From: Oikopleura dioica
Taxonomy: Eukaryota; Animalia; Chordata
Length of the DNA stretch: 64,000 bases
Assembly: GCA_907165135.1 (NCBI GenBank)
Contig: OU015566.1
Span: 496,001-560,000, forward strand
Direction: 5' to 3'
Shown piece by piece: positions 1 through 14,443 of this stretch (the first letter of the stretch is position 1; the number at the start of each line of letters is the position of its first letter). Both the position numbers and the translations under genes were made by a program. Below the pieces are notes generated by a model. The model saw nothing but the letters and a program-made list of their open reading frames with translations, made no database searches and was not told the origin of the DNA.

Positions 1-1432
1 GACCACGTGACCATATGTAAAAATTGACGAAGATTTCATAAAAAATAGTAAAAACTTAAAATTTTTGATTTTTGGACGGTAAATCGGCATTTTTTTCAGA
101 AAAAACCGGGTTTTTCGCACGTTTTGCCGATTTTCTCACGTGGCCAAACTGACACCACCACAAGAAAGCTCAGACGATGCTCTCAATAGATCCATTCTAA
201 TCTCGTCCGGCAACGCCCGGCAACGAAAATGCGGCCGATTTGAAAATTAACGTTTTGGCCGAAAATGGCCTTTCTTTGGAAAAATATAATAAATAATGCT
301 GAAAAATGAATAGAAGGGGCCGTCTCAGCCCCGTTCCTTGATTTTTAAATTTAAGGGGCTTGAGATCGGCGTTGGACTCTGAGGTGATCAATCTCAGTTA
401 TGTCCCCAACCCCACCCACACCCATTCGAGGTGGAAATACAAATTATTCAAGTTTTACCTTTAATTATGGTTTTTATTTAATTTTTTAGAAATTTTAATT
501 TCTTTATTTGCGGATTTTTTATCACGCTTCGACTTCTTTCGACTCGAAAAAATCATTTCTGAGCTTTCAAAATGATAGTTTAGGTTTTCTTAGGCTTAAT
601 TTTGCAAAAATAAAAAATTCGATTTTTCGACACCTATACCCTAATTTTTCGAAATTTTTTTTTGATTTTTTTCTTGATTAGGACCTCAGAAATATGTCCA
701 CGAAATTTCATCCCTCCATGTCAAGTGCAAAAAAAGTCCATTTTCCCACTGGCGCAACCCCACAGATGCCGCCAGTCTAGGGTTAGTTTGGGTAACCGCA
801 GCCTATCTCCCTCGGGTAAGTTTATTCTGTCATTTTGGGTAACCGGTGAAAATAATTGAAAATAACATCCCATGACACCCAAGAACTCAAAATTTGGTCG
901 ACTCTTAAAAAAGCTCTTAGAATCAAACGGCAAAAAGCGCTTCTTATGGACCCCCTAATCAAGGATTGTGAATACCGACATTCGACCAACGATTTTGTTT
1001 TACAGTAGTTGTAACGGCTTTTCAAATTCGTAGCGTAGCCTTTTGACACCTAGATTCTCGATTCGAATTGGCAACACCAGAGAAAATGAAAAAATTGTTT
1101 CCCAAAGACAATCAGCCCTTCTAATCGAATAAAATAAAGATGAGCAATTGGTTTATAATCATGCAATGAATTATTAAGATTTCTTTAAGGGAAAGTGTCA
1201 AACTGCAATTCTTCGTTCGCGACAAATTTTTCTCAAAAAAATACTGGCCACTAATTGGGCGGTAGACCTTATACAGGCGTCTGATTGGCTAAATTTTCTC
1301 ATGGATTTTCCAGGAAAGTTTGTCGCAAACGAGGAATCGTAGTTCGACATTAGGCCATCTTTGAAGCCGAAGATATTGTTTTATGGGTATAGTTTTATTA
1401 TGAAGATGAAATTAATTTTCCAAGAGTTTTTC

Positions 1433-4400
1433 TCAGTCTTTTTTCGATGTTATAATACCAAGTTCAGCAAGGGTGATGAGTGTCCCGAAAAGAAAGAATA
1501 CGGCGACGAAAAATATTCTGATAACCCTGGCGATCGTGTAGTATCTTGACACTAGAGCATAGGTTTTCACCAATTTTTATTTCTTATATACTTACATTCT
1601 TCAGAATATTTCTTCAGTCCATTGAAAAGCTGTTCTTTTGTCCAGCCAGTCTTAATTCAAAAATGAGTTTTTGTTTAATTTTTCTTGAAGGCTCTATTGT
1701 AATACAATAATTGTATTTAATTTGGTTCTTTTATGGATTTTGAGGAGCTCTTTAAAAATGAACTTTTAAAATAAATTTTGGCCCCGGTTTCTGATCTTAT
1801 CTTGGGTTCCAGGTAATAGACTTTGAAACCGGGTAGCAATATTGGATTGTTACCGGCACAGTCGACCCTAAGCATATTTGTTTATATAAGAACTTACTAC
1901 TTCCATAAGCATCCTTTCTTCGTCGGAAAAAGCCATTGCTTCGTTCCAAGCAGGCCTGATTCCAAAAAAGGTTGCTTCGACAGGATATTGATATAGACGA
2001 TCGTCGTAAGAATTCCAACAAGCGATAAAAATGCAGATAAAACAACCTCTGCAAAGGAAATAATTTGTCGAACCATCGCCACGAAAGACACAAGGTTTTT
2101 CTGTTTTCAGCCTGGCCTATTTTTCATGAATCGATTTTTATTTCGAGAAATAACTTACCAGGCAAAATTTCCATCAACAAATAACTGATGAATTCGGGTG
2201 GAGCAATTGCAAAATTTTCAGGCGTGAGCGCAAAATCGGGATTTTTGTAAGGAGACTTTTATGTGTTCAAAATCAATTCAGAATTTTCTTACTTTCTACT
2301 GACTTTGATACCGGATGGTACCCCCTAACGATCCGCAATTTAAAATAAACTTATCGCAATTCTTCAAAATAAGTCTATCTTTTAAAGTTTGTTTGTAGCT
2401 GCAAGTTAGAACAAGTCCTTGTTAAATTGAAATGCCACTACCAACTGACTTCCAAAATCAGCAGCTATCAGTGGCTTCCGAATTCTGGCTGCAATTTTTA
2501 ATAGCATTTGAAGCAAAATCTTAAGGGCCCCTATTCCCAAAAATAATCATTCTTGCTCTCCGAAATAGAAAGCTTATTTGGAAGAGGGCGCGAAATTGGC
2601 TGTTAACCCCACGAGTCTAAGTCGACATTTTTTGTCGAAATCCGGTTTAAAAAAGCTGCCCTAATTAGCGAAATCACCAGAACAAGCCAAAAATTGTAAT
2701 GAGTATTCGCACACGCCTTAGGCACCATATGACCAAAATAGAGGTGATAAGTTCTCAGCCTGGTGCTCTGTACCCGTTTATTTCCGCTCAGCTCGAGCAA
2801 AATCAGAACGTGATCACTGCAAAAAAGGTGAAATTCCAATTTTATGAGGATTTTTACGGGGAAAAAACGAAATATAGGTTTTCGAATATGAAGAATTCAA
2901 AAATGATGCTCTCAGAGGGCAAAACAGGATGTTTAAACCGATCATGAGTGGACTTTACTTTGAAATAGAATGAACTATTGATATGCAAGAGAAAACAATT
3001 AATACCATTGAAAAGAGCATATTTTAATTAGTGCAAGTACAAAGTTTCAGAAGAGTATCTTTATGAGAAGAGCATTTGGACAAAAAATGTCGAATAAGAC
3101 TCGTGGGGTTACGCCCTCCAATTTGACACGTGTGGTTAAGGTTAAAAATTTCAAAACGGCCAACTTCCGCAAAAATTAATCTTAATTAAATTTTTTAGCA
3201 AACAATGTTTTTAAACGATTTCTTAGGCATAATGAAGTAAAAATTCCGAATCAATGAGACTTTGGACGAAAAATTGGTCAAAAGCGTGAAAAAAATGGAT
3301 TTTCATGAAAATCGCATATTTTTAAACAAGAAGAGAATTCTTTTGAGGGACGTACCCTCAAATTTTTTATCGCCGATAGATTTGTGAGGGTCCAATCTAT
3401 AGGTATACTTAATTTGATTGTCGAAAAAAATAAGGGTTCTGAGATTTTTCGGTCAAGAGATACCCCCAATTAAACCCAAATTTTTGAAAAAAATTTCAAA
3501 AAAAAAAATTTCTTTTCTCTTCGCCAGTAGAATCTTTCAACCATTTTCTTTTTATCCAAAAATTCGATTTTGATATACCTTATCAGGTTTTCCCGCTATT
3601 TTGGTCAAAAGAAACCCCAATATTCACGACCCCCTCTTTAAATCAAAGATCTATTGAAAGAGACGATTTTTCAGCCTCTTACTACCTAAAACGTCTCTTT
3701 TGAGACAACAAAGGGTGAAAAAACGTCAAATACTCGTACATATTGACTTCGAAAAGTGCATTTCAAAATTGTTCTTTAAAAAATTTATTTTTATTAATAA
3801 TTTTTAAGAAATAATTATTGATAATATTTCATCCTATTAATATTTTAACTAGATTTTATTTTAAAATTTATTCAAAAAAGCCGGGCTTGGAAATTTAATG
3901 TTGAAGCTTTGACTTTTGACCACGTCATGCTTAGGTCATAAAAAACCCTTTTTCTTCCGCTAGCGAAAGATGATATCAAAAATCTGATTTGAAATTAGGA
4001 TGGCCGAATTAATATCTAAATTAATTTTAATTTTGAGAATTCACCCAATTGAGCCCCTTTAATTTTTCATTGCGGACCCTACCTTGATTATGATTCATAA
4101 TTAATAAACTGTGCCTACTATGGTCAGTGCTTTCGTATTATTTTGAACACTTGAAATCTCTGTGGCACCGCTTGTTTCTTTTCCTATTTTTATATCGCGA
4201 GTTTGAATTATCTCCAGATATTGATGCAGTCTCTCTTTTCGCATTGTGATATCGGCTCCTTTTTCGGCCCTTCAATTGATTTATTTCCAAGCAAAATAAT
4301 TCAAAAATAAGAAAAAAATATTGATTCAGCTGACGAATCTTTTTCTCTGCAAAGTTAATTTGAAATCAATTTCCTAAATTTCTTCTCAATATTGTTCAAA

Positions 4401-4660
4401 ATATATTCTTTATCATCAATCACGATATCTGGATAACATCGAACAATCGGCGCTCGATAAAGTTGAACAGGCTCGTTTGGAGCATTGTTAGCAGTCAAAG
4501 AAGCATCGAGAGGTGCGACTTGGGCAAACTGTGAGTTTCCCAGCTGTTGTTCTTGAGGAATTTTAATAGCTGTTTGTTGAGCCGGTTCGAAGCTATAATC
4601 AAATGCTGACCCCCACTGATTGTCTCCGTTCCCGCTTTGGTAGTCGTCAAAGTAACTCAT
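1433..4660 (-). CDS. Unknown-family gene, copy P1 (multi-exon, C-terminal hydrophobic anchor)
   Basis: Exon 1 MSYFDDYQ...EPVQLYRAPIVRCYPDIVID (4370-4660). Later exons read LLQMLLKI..PLIAADF (~2400-2520), NSYDDRLYQYPVEATFFGIRPAWNEAMAFSDEERMLMEVV (~1900-2030) and IFVAVFFLFGTLITLAELGII (~1433-1550). The same motifs recur in three other copies. Exon borders are approximate. Confidence 0.65.
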
Positions 4661-5619
4661 AATTTTTAACTGATTACTAAGTACCATTTTTAGAACATAA
4701 AAATAAATGTTCTAGAAACATCAAAATTAATTATTCCCAAAGTTTGACCAAAGGAACTTTGGGGAAACTACATGCGTAGGGTTTTTTTGGGGAACCGCGA
4801 AGTCTCCTGATTCAAGTTAAATTTTTCTCATGAAATAAGTTTTTTCAGCTGATTCCAACGATACCAAAATCTTTTTGATATCATGGTTTTATGGAAGGCA
4901 GGCTTAAGAATTCCCCTAAAGTGGAGCGATTTTCATCCAAGTTTTCCAGGCCACCTGCTAATTTTCTTCTCAAAATAACTAAGCAAACATGAGCCTACTA
5001 CCTCAGGGAACCTTTTCGTGTTAATCACCCGCTGTTATTTGCATCAGATTCCGAGTACTGGGTCACAGTAAGCACGGGGAAATGGAAGGTGAGTCGGCCA
5101 CCCAGACCAGATTTTTAAAAATGATAACAGCTGGAGCGTTCTCTCAGCACAACGCGCCTTATCAATCATCGCCCAGGGGAGCAAGTGACTGTAATCAGCA
5201 TAGGAAATCGGTACTGTGCAGGGCAAAAGGGCCGCATTCGCAAATAAAAATCTGTTTTCAATGGAGCCTCCTTTCTCTAATCCGTCGTACCAAGAGATAA
5301 AAGCTGCAGTCGCTGCGACTTACAGTCGATGTTCTTCTTCTCCTCCGGTCTTGTAAAGTATCACATCAGGGCAACGAGCTCATAGCGCAAATTTTTCATC
5401 TGCTGTTAAAAAAGTTTGGGAGATTTGTAAAGGTCTTCCATTTATTCCGCGCCATTTGCTGAAATGTGCTTATGATGAGCTCAGAACCTTTTGTGAGCAT
5501 CAAACGGGAGTAACGCGAAAAAACTTATTGCTATTTTGCGATTACCTTGACGTTGTAAGATATTTTTAGTTCATAGATTAAAATTTTTTAAACAATACTG
5601 GGAGAATCAATCGAAGTGG

Positions 5620-6075
5620 AATCACGGTTGCGTCAATAGTTACGGTTAAAAATGAGTCATAGAGACCATAGAAATTGACACACAGTTTAGGGTAGGCATC
5701 AACCTAGGTCGGGTTTGCTGGTAATTTAGAAAATAACAAGAATTTGAAGCTATCTAAGTCGGTTTGAACGAGAGTGTGGGCGCTTTTTGCTTACGAAAAT
5801 GATACCAATATGAAAAAATACCATTTTTAGCCTTGATTTAATAAACATTGCCCACAATGTTACTTAAAACTTTTTTTGCAAGCGTAAAGCGACCACACTC
5901 TCGTTCCGACCAACCTAGATACCTCTGGATTCTTCTGGTTTTCCAAATTACCGGAAAAACCGACCTAGGTTGATGCCCACCCTAAACTGTGTGTCAATTT
6001 CTATGGTCCCTATGACTCATTTTTAACCGTAGCTATTGACGCACCGTAGCTATTGACGCAACCGTAACTACTGAC
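5620..6075. mobile_element. Palindromic MITE-like element
   Basis: 5620-5780 (GCGTCAATAGTTACGGTTAAAAATGAGTCATAG...CAACCTAGGTCGG) is nearly the reverse complement of 5870-6050. Four tandem CCGTAGCTATTGACGCA-like units lie at the right end. Confidence 0.6.
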
Positions 6076-8867
6076 GCAACCCCCCAAACCGTAGCTAATG
6101 ACGCGCACCCGGGGAGCCTAAAAAGGGCCCTGCGCGCAAAGCATAAGCGCGCTTTCACTTTTACTCACTTATCTAATGATTTCAAGCGACCCGTAAGCCC
6201 ACGTAAAAAGATTTTTTCAGAGATTCAAGACAAGTGTCTGATAAAAAGCATATCGAAAAAAGAGTGACAGGGAAAGACTGTTTTTGTCAAATCTTTTTCA
6301 ATTTTTGGAATCAGCAGGTAAAATAACATATTCCTGTCAAAAATCATAAAAAACTGATAAATACTTCGACAAGTTGGGAAAGCGAAAAAGGGGCTGTCGC
6401 GTTCCCGAAAAAAACCCTATACATGCGCTTCATTAATTCTTTGACACAAAATGTTCTTAGAACTATTCTTGTTTGACCAACTGGCACCAAAGTCATCACA
6501 ATAAAGATTGATATAATTATTTAATAATTGATAAACAAATAAAAAACTGATAAAAGACAACCTAAACTTTAGGTCCTTAAGGGTACCTAGGTCGAGTTTG
6601 GGTACCCCCTTAAACTATTTTCTGACCGTAAAATCGGATTCTTCAGGTTCTGAGGAACAAAAAACTCTATAATGACCCTATAGCTATCTTAATGTTTTCA
6701 CCTTCAAAAACCACTTCAAAGTTAAAAATCTATAGGAAATGGTAGCACCTTAAATTTTGACGAGAAATTTTTCATCTCTGATTTTGCTAATTAAGGGCTT
6801 GATTGAAAGCTTATGGCCCTCTTAACATCGTGGTGAAGCTTAAAATTGCCACAGAAAATTAAAATCATCTCTAAATCGGGAAAAATGGAAGCTTACCAAG
6901 CAAAAACGCGGAACTCGCGATGACTAGTCCAAACTTTTGAAAATTTAATTAAAAAAATCTTCGAAATCCAAAAATCTGCTCTGCCACGATTGAAGAGGAG
7001 GCTTGGAACTATATAAATCCAGAAAGAAAAAAAAAAGTTTGTATGAGAATTTTCACCTGAATTTAGCGTTGAAGTTGGCTATTTTAGACCGAGACGCAAA
7101 CTTTGACGGCGTTTTATCTGGAAAAAACTTTTGAAATCAAAAAAAGTCCTCTGTCACGATCTGAGATCTAGGATAGATCTATCCAATTAGCTATTAAGGA
7201 GCTTTTTACATTATGAATAAAGGGTAGTAATTTACCCACAAAGATGGCCATCTCGACCCAGGTACCCTTAAGTGTGGGTGAGTTTTTCGAAGATATTTCC
7301 TCTGCGATATTATCCCTTTTTTATGACTCTTTTTAGCGAGGTGTCATCAATCGACAAAAAATCTTAACAAAATTTTTCATTATTTAAGTGAAATTATATG
7401 GCCAATAGGGTTGGCCAAAATTATCTGCTTAACAAAGGAAAGTTTCAAAATATGCTTAAGTTGTTCTTTTGTCCCAAAAAAAGCCACTCCTGAATACCAA
7501 AAAATTAAAGAGGTTATTAACTGAAATGTCCTTAATTATTGGAATCAACAGATCCTCCCGAATCAATTGAGCCATTTGATAAAAAAAAGTTTAAGGAGGT
7601 GAAATTAGGAAAATTACAAAAGATAACCATTTCAGGTGCATTTTCGCGAAAATAGCCCTACTTTGAAGGAATTTTTGACCGACATGTTGATCCAAATTTT
7701 GCTTTCGAAGCCGGTTTTCCGGATATAGGGTGCGTAGGGTCTGCATGAAGATCCCGGGTCTGCACATGAAAAAAATGTATCAGAATTTTTGTTTAAGGAC
7801 CCCCCCCCCCGTTAGCTTTTTTCAAAAAATGAAATTTCGGAATTTTGAAATTTTTGACCCCGGAAATGGATTCTACGGGTCAAATAACGATTTCGAGGCT
7901 TCATTTTTTCGAAGTCTATCTTGACTCTAAAACCCTAAAAATCCCGGGTCTCGCAGACCCTACGCGCCTGACATCCGGTTTTCCTCATTTAGGTCACGAA
8001 AATCTCGATTCTCGTTGACCCTTTCCCCTTGAGGTTAGATTTTTCTAAAATTTTTCAAATATGTTTTTTAAAAATGAAATAAAAGTAGGAATTTTTCTGA
8101 AAAGAACGAGTTTGGAGCAAGATGGATAAAAAGAACGGTCAAAAGCAAAAATATCAGAAATTTTAGTTTAAACCCCCCCGTTAATTTTTCTCAAGGGTCG
8201 GTTGTCGGAATAACAAAATTTTGCCCTCAGAAAAGGTTTTACAGGTCAAAACGATTATTAGCCTCCATTTTTGGCGGTCTATTTTAACTCTAACACTATC
8301 AAAATCATGTTCTAAAATTGGACCTTTTGCTAGAAAATTACTTAAATGGCATAAACTCGCTAAAAGCAAATTGCCTCGTATTATACAAATCAGCTACGAA
8401 TCTGTCAAATTTCGCTCATAAGACCTATATTATATTGGTTATATAATTATTTTTTCTTATAAAAGAGACCTTTTTATTATTACTTACGTTTCTTTTATAT
8501 GTTTAACTGGTCAAAAAGATTGTTTTGAATTTCGATAGACTTGAAAAAAATATATAAAAAGTATCGAAATTGGCAGCTTTTGCCAGTTTCTTGACATTCG
8601 CAGTTGCCATATCTTTTCAGATTTCGAACTCTGATTAACGCGGTAGCTCACAAAATTTTTTTATGAAAGAGACCTTTATATTTTAAATGACGTTTCTTTT
8701 ATATGTTTAACTGGTCAAAACGACTATTGCAAAAAGACTTAATTGTTCGAAACAAGATGTAAAGTAGGGTCCCCCCCATAAGTTCTACCATAAGTATACA
8801 AGAGAATGCGCGCGTAAGGGCCTCTGTCCCGTCGCGTCCTTATTAATTTGTGATTTTATACCAAAAT

Positions 8868-9705
8868 CTACTCCCGTGTTACAATTTTAGGGTAGGGTGG
8901 GTTGCGTCATTCCAGCGCTGCGCTTCCAGTAGTACCGGGCCGGTACAATACCTGCCACAACGGGACGAACCTGAAATTTTCAACAAGGCCATCCAGGCCA
9001 TCACGGCCAGCATGGCCATCAAGGCCATCAATTCCCAATTTCAGGTTCTGAGAAGTTTTGTAGATTTGGTTCTTGTTGTTTTTATAAGGGCGGTTCTAGA
9101 AACGTTCTTGTTCTCAGATTATACTGCGTAGCTGATTTATTAACTCAAAATTTGAATGTAAAATCGCTTCCACTGAGACAGCTTTTCAATTTTTGTACTT
9201 TTGGAGCAAAATCGACGATCAGAAAGCAGAAAAAGCGAAACCCAAGAAGCAAGTTTCTAGAATTGATGGCCTTGATGGCGTTGTTGACAAATTCAGGTTA
9301 TGGGGACTTTTGTTGATTTCTTAAATGGTCTTGATGGCCTCGATGGCCGTGTTGACAATTTCAGGTTTTCCCCCACAACGCCCGCAGCAAGCGCCTTTCT
9401 CAAAATGCGCCATCTCTATTGCGGGCGGTGTGGTAGGTATTGAACCGGGAGCAGGGTTGTAAATCACATCGACCACCCCACCTCGAGGGTGAGGTGGCTT
9501 TCGATTTTTTCGAGGCAGGGTGGGGTTGTCTGAAACCACCTCAGTATTATTTGAGGTGAGGTGGGGTGGTTTCAAAAATTGCATTCAAACAGCGAGATTG
9601 TGTCGAGGTGAGGTGGTTGAGGTGGGGTGATTTACAACCCTGACCGGGAGCGTAGCGCCAAAATGACGCAACCCACCCTACCCTAAAATTGTTACTAGGG
9701 AGTAG
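8868..9705. mobile_element. MITE with ~60-bp imperfect TIRs
   Basis: CTACTCCCGTGTTACAATTTTAGGGTAGGGTGGGTTGCGTCATT at the left and its reverse complement at 9640-9705. Internal GGCCATC repeats occur in both orientations. Confidence 0.65.
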
Positions 9706-10049
9706 AGCAGGGATGGAAATCTGAGCGTATTTTGTCATTTTTCCATCCCTGGAGTAGAGTTTATTCTCGCTTGTATGGCGGTACATCCATCAATGCGGTT
9801 CATCCATCAATGATTTCCATCATGATTCTTGTCAAAATTGAATGTACATGCTTTATTCATCATAAGGCAAGAATAAATTATGAAAATGACTTTCTGCGTT
9901 CAGATTTGACGGGTCTGAGAAGCTCATCATTGGCTTGATTTTCATGTCTTTATTAATATTTAAGATGAATACGAAAGAACAGATTTTTTTTTATAAAATT
10001 TTTCCTTGATAAAAATCGTAAATACAATTGTCTTGGTCTTTTCTGACTT

Positions 10050-11200
10050 AGAAAAAGGGGCTGAGAAGTATCATGATATAAAACAAAAAGATCATCGGTC
10101 CAGCACATCTTATGATCATGAAAAGGTAATAATGAAAGGTCACTGAAATAAATATAATAAGTAAAAATCAAAATAGAAAGCAATCTTACACATTGTTTGG
10201 ACCTCCTTCATTCCTGCGTAAAGTTGTTCTTTGCTCCAGCCAGTCTTCAAATAATGTCAAGTAAATTTTTGTTTTGAAGAGTTGATTAAAAGTTATAATT
10301 CATAAATCTAAGATAATTAATTATTTAATAACTCACAATTTCCATGATCATTTGATCTTCTTCAGAAGGAGGCTTTGACTCGTCCCAATTGGGTTTGTCT
10401 CCACAAAATGTTTTTCGGACAGGAAATTGATAAAGACGATCGTCATATGAAGAATTGCAACAAGGACACAACTCTTGATCGCCTCCTTAAAAAAGTTCGG
10501 AAGTTAAGCTTTGGACATGTGAAAACATCGCAACAAGATAGTTTTCAAAATAAGCTCACCTGGAAGAATTTGACCAATAACGTAGGCGACAAAACTTGGC
10601 TCGGCTACTCGAAAGTTTGCAGCTGTATGCTGAAACCTGGTATAATGATCAGGGAAATTTTCTGGCCTTTGTATGATCTGAAGAAATTGATAGAGTCTTT
10701 CTTTTCGCAGTTGAAGGTCAGCTCCCTCCTCGGCTCTTTACGAATCGATTTTGACTGTTTATTTCACTTTCTCGGGCAAGAAGAAAAAGTGATCTTCGAT
10801 TGGAACAGAATCTGGATCTTAGCCAAAAATAAAAAGCGAAAGCAAAAATTTTTCTAAAAATTCATAAGCGAATTCGCTAAGCGAATCCAAGCCCCTGATT
10901 GGAAGAATTGCCTTCGATTTCCTGAATTTCTCTCTTAATTCATGCAAATTTTTCATTCCGGAAGCGACGACAAGATCTGGATGTGTTCTTAAAATCGGCG
11001 CTCGATAGATTTCAACAGGTTCTTGAGGAGCAACCGGCGGTGCTTTAACCGGAGCTGACTGGTTTGCAGAATAATGAGAACTGGTGTTAAATGAAGAGCT
11101 TGTGTTATTGTTCAAAGGAGCAACAAGGGCCCAATGTGACGTCTCTGCTGACTGCGGTATTGTTACAGCTGTGTCCTTAGCCAGGGTTTCAATTTATGTC
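10050..11200 (-). CDS. Unknown-family gene, copy P2
   Basis: Reads APQEPVEIYRAPILRTHPDLVV, then AEEGADLQLRKERLYQFLQII, then SYDDRLYQFPVRKTFCGDKPNWDESKPPSEEDQMIMEI, then a hydrophobic last exon. Start not located exactly. Confidence 0.65.
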
Positions 11201-11540
11201 GAAAAAATAATAAGTGGAGGGAGCCGTTGAGGAGTGCAAGTTGTGATACTATGAAAACCCGAGTTTCTGCCGTTCAAAATTTGCTCGAATCTTTGAGAAT
11301 TTCGGATTGTTCCGAAGGTCGCGAGACTCGGTCCCGAATTCGAGAAAATGCCAATTTAAAGTATCTTATGAATCATAAGTTATGATGATCGAGACCGAAA
11401 AGGCACCAGAAAACAAATTAAAAGAAAAGAGTGATTCCATCTAAACTCTTTTATTTTCATACATTACTAATTACATTGTAATTGCTGGAACAAACTGAAA
11501 TTAAAAGAAGCGGCAGAATTCCTGGCTCATTATAGATTCT

Positions 11541-12233
11541 TTAAGGGATCCCCCCCCCCGTTTTCGCCATTTTCAATGGCGAACTACTTTTTTTTGGGCT
11601 TACCATTTTACACGTGCAATAGCGCAAATGAAAGCTCGTTTATAGCGGCTAATTCTCTAGTACAGAGAAAAAAATCCATCAACGCAAACCTGCCACACGG
11701 GGGCGCTGAACTTAGTAAATTTTGAAAAAACGCCGTTTTGGGCCATTTTCAACGGCAAACTTCTTTTTTTTGGGCTTAACTAGAATTAATCTGGGACTAG
11801 ATTCAGAAAGAATAGAGCTTAATCTTCAAACTCTAGTACAGAGAAATCGTTTGGTTTAGTAAGAAAAATTTTTTCTTAAGAAAAACTTTTTGATGCCATT
11901 TTGGCCCTTTTCTGGCTCTAAATTGCTCTCTAGCGCCAATATATGGCCAAAAATCCGAATGCGGTTATCAGATTCTTTCTCAGTGCACTGTAAGCGTTCG
12001 AAAGACCCCTTATACGTCTATTTTCGATGACATCGAAAAGTCGAAAAAATTGCGATTTTCACGCTAAGTACAAATTACATGCATTTTTACGATTTTCGAG
12101 GGTCAAAATTTTGGGTAAAGATGCTCGTAAGGGGGACATATAACATATCAAAATGATCCTCAGAACACGGGGATTCTAAAAATGCCGCATAGACACCCAT
12201 CATAAAGACTTGAGAAATCGGGGGATCCCTTAA
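11541..12233. mobile_element. TTAA-flanked MITE
   Basis: TTAAGGGATCCCC at 11541 and GGGGATCCCTTAA ending at 12233. Confidence 0.6.
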
Positions 12234-14026
12234 AAGCAAATTTGGCGCCGCAACAAAGCTTTTGATCTTATTTTGTTCCCAAGACCTGATTTATGATATC
12301 TTTTTTATAAAGAGAGAGACTTTTTTATCTTGGATAAAATTTTTTTTATTTGTTTCTCTTGTCGAAAAGACTGTTCTAACTCAGTTTCACTTTAAAAATA
12401 TTTGAGTTTGATGTGAAGTTTTATTGCATATCGAGTTCGGCTACTTAAGCCATCTTAACCCGTTAACAGGCGCGAGGCCCTCTCACGGCCTTTTCGCCTT
12501 TAGAGCGCGATAAAAAGGCGTAGACTCAATTTTTACGGGAGAACTACGGGATAAGGTAGTGCGTCATCGTTTATTTTAGAAATTATTTGCCATAGGCCAT
12601 GTCTGGCCTTTGCGTTAAAGCTTATTACTGTGCTTAAAAATATGCTTCTATAACACAAGATGAAAAATCTTCAAACACGATTCGTTAAAAAGCATTTTAT
12701 GGTTCTTGATAAAGATTTCTAGAAAGTTTGCTTAATTTTTCTGGACGGCTTGAAAATTTTCAATTTAAGTCAAATCAATCCATTCTTGGCGCCCCTTTTG
12801 CCGTTTCTGTTACGATAAGATCAATGTTGTTTTCACTTTTTACACTGCTAACTCAGTCGTGCTTTTTGCCGCCTCACGGTAACTTACTTTACATCGGATT
12901 AATTGTCTGTTAAGCCTGAGGAAGATTTTTATCCGAAACCGGTAGTTAACAAATAAACCAGAAAAATACCAATGGTCAACTAGAGATATATTCAAGTCAA
13001 AACGTTTTTCAACTTAAATTTTCGCAACAAAATCAAGGTGGTAGATATCTATTAGGGAAGAATCGAATAAAATAAAGAATGCGTGTTTTTATTTTCAAAG
13101 TCTGACGGAAAATTGTGATTCTTGTTATCAACCTCCTTAATGCTTTCATTTTGATTTAGCGAATAAATCAACCTTGTATTAATATAAAATTTACCGGCAA
13201 CTTTCGAAAATTAATAATCTGCCGCTGTTGATTATCAGTGTTGCTTGCGTTTCTTTTCAAAAAAAGAGTTCTTTCTGCAACAATTTTCATTTATTTCAAA
13301 ATATGGAAATTTATAGAATGATTTATTTTTAATAGTGTCGAGCCGAAGCTGGTCGTTGATTTTTGCTTTCATAATATCGATGAGCCTGCATTGCAATTCG
13401 CATCAATAAGCCTTCAAAATTTTATGAGCTTTGAAAATTATGAAAAGCAGATTTTTGATTTTTACTTCCAATTATTCTTTAAATGGGTTCTTTACTGCCA
13501 ATTAATCCAATATTTATGTTTCTATGTTCTGAATGGGCGGAAGTTACGCAGTTTATTTCATAATTCATAAGGGTTGTTTCTTAGACGTTAAAAAAGTTAT
13601 TTAATTATTGATTTTTATACTAACTAAGCATATTTTATCGAATTTAAAACCCATCATTTTACATCTTTTGATGGGTTATTCCTAGGGTAGACGAGCAAAA
13701 AATTAACCCCTAGAACCCCTTGAGGTTAATGCGTGAAACTTTGGGACAATATGTATTTTGGCCCAACTGAAAAATTTGTAATCAAAAATTTTTTGGTCTG
13801 ATCACCTGATCACGTGATACGGACCCTCGAAAAGCTAGAAAAGCTTGCCGAGCTCGATCCCCTAATCCTATTGGATCATACTATAGCTTACTTGAAAGAG
13901 AACAAAAAGTTCTTCCTATAAAATTAAAAAACATTTTTGGTGGCGAGATCACATGAGTCGCTAGATGGAATTGAAAAGTCCGAAATGGCCCCTCTTGCAA
14001 CGTATTTTGCAACCGTTACGGTCGAG

Positions 14027-14358
14027 TATGCGATCCCGGGCCCAGAGGACCAAGGATCGAGTCGAGGGAAGCCGAGAGCTTGCCCTCCGGAAAGGCCATT
14101 ACCTGGCTGACCTTCGCTGCGCCCGAGCAACGCTCAGACGCCGCAGAGGTCCAGCGAGGTAGGGGAGAGAAATCAGCCCAACCTTTTCGAAAAATAAGAA
14201 CGTGTCCCCAACCTAACCCATCTTCAGGTTCGTCTTGGTTCAAGCCTACGCCGGAGCAGCACGAAGATCATCTTCCCTGTCTTTCGGTATCTGTGCAAAT
14301 AAAAGGACGCAAGTCCGGACCAAATACAAACGAGTGTTAGATTGTGGAACGCATAACG
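14027..14358 (+). repeat. 5' LTR (possibly lacking its upstream part)
   Basis: Identical to 35502-35833 except CACGAAGATCAT vs CACGAATTTCAT. Contains AATAAA ~60 nt before the end and ends in ...GCATAACG rather than the canonical CA. Confidence 0.85.
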
Positions 14359-14370
14359 TGGTGACTGAAG
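14359..14370 (+). promoter_or_regulatory. Putative primer-binding site
   Basis: TGGTGACTGAAG directly follows the LTR. The first 7 nt (TGGTGAC) match the complement of a typical eukaryotic tRNA-Trp 3' end, but the match is short. Confidence 0.5.
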
Positions 14371-14443
14371 CTCTCTTGAGCTTGGTACGAACGTAAGTCC
14401 CCATATCGAACCTCGCCGCTAGGGCGTATCCCTGTAGCGCAGG

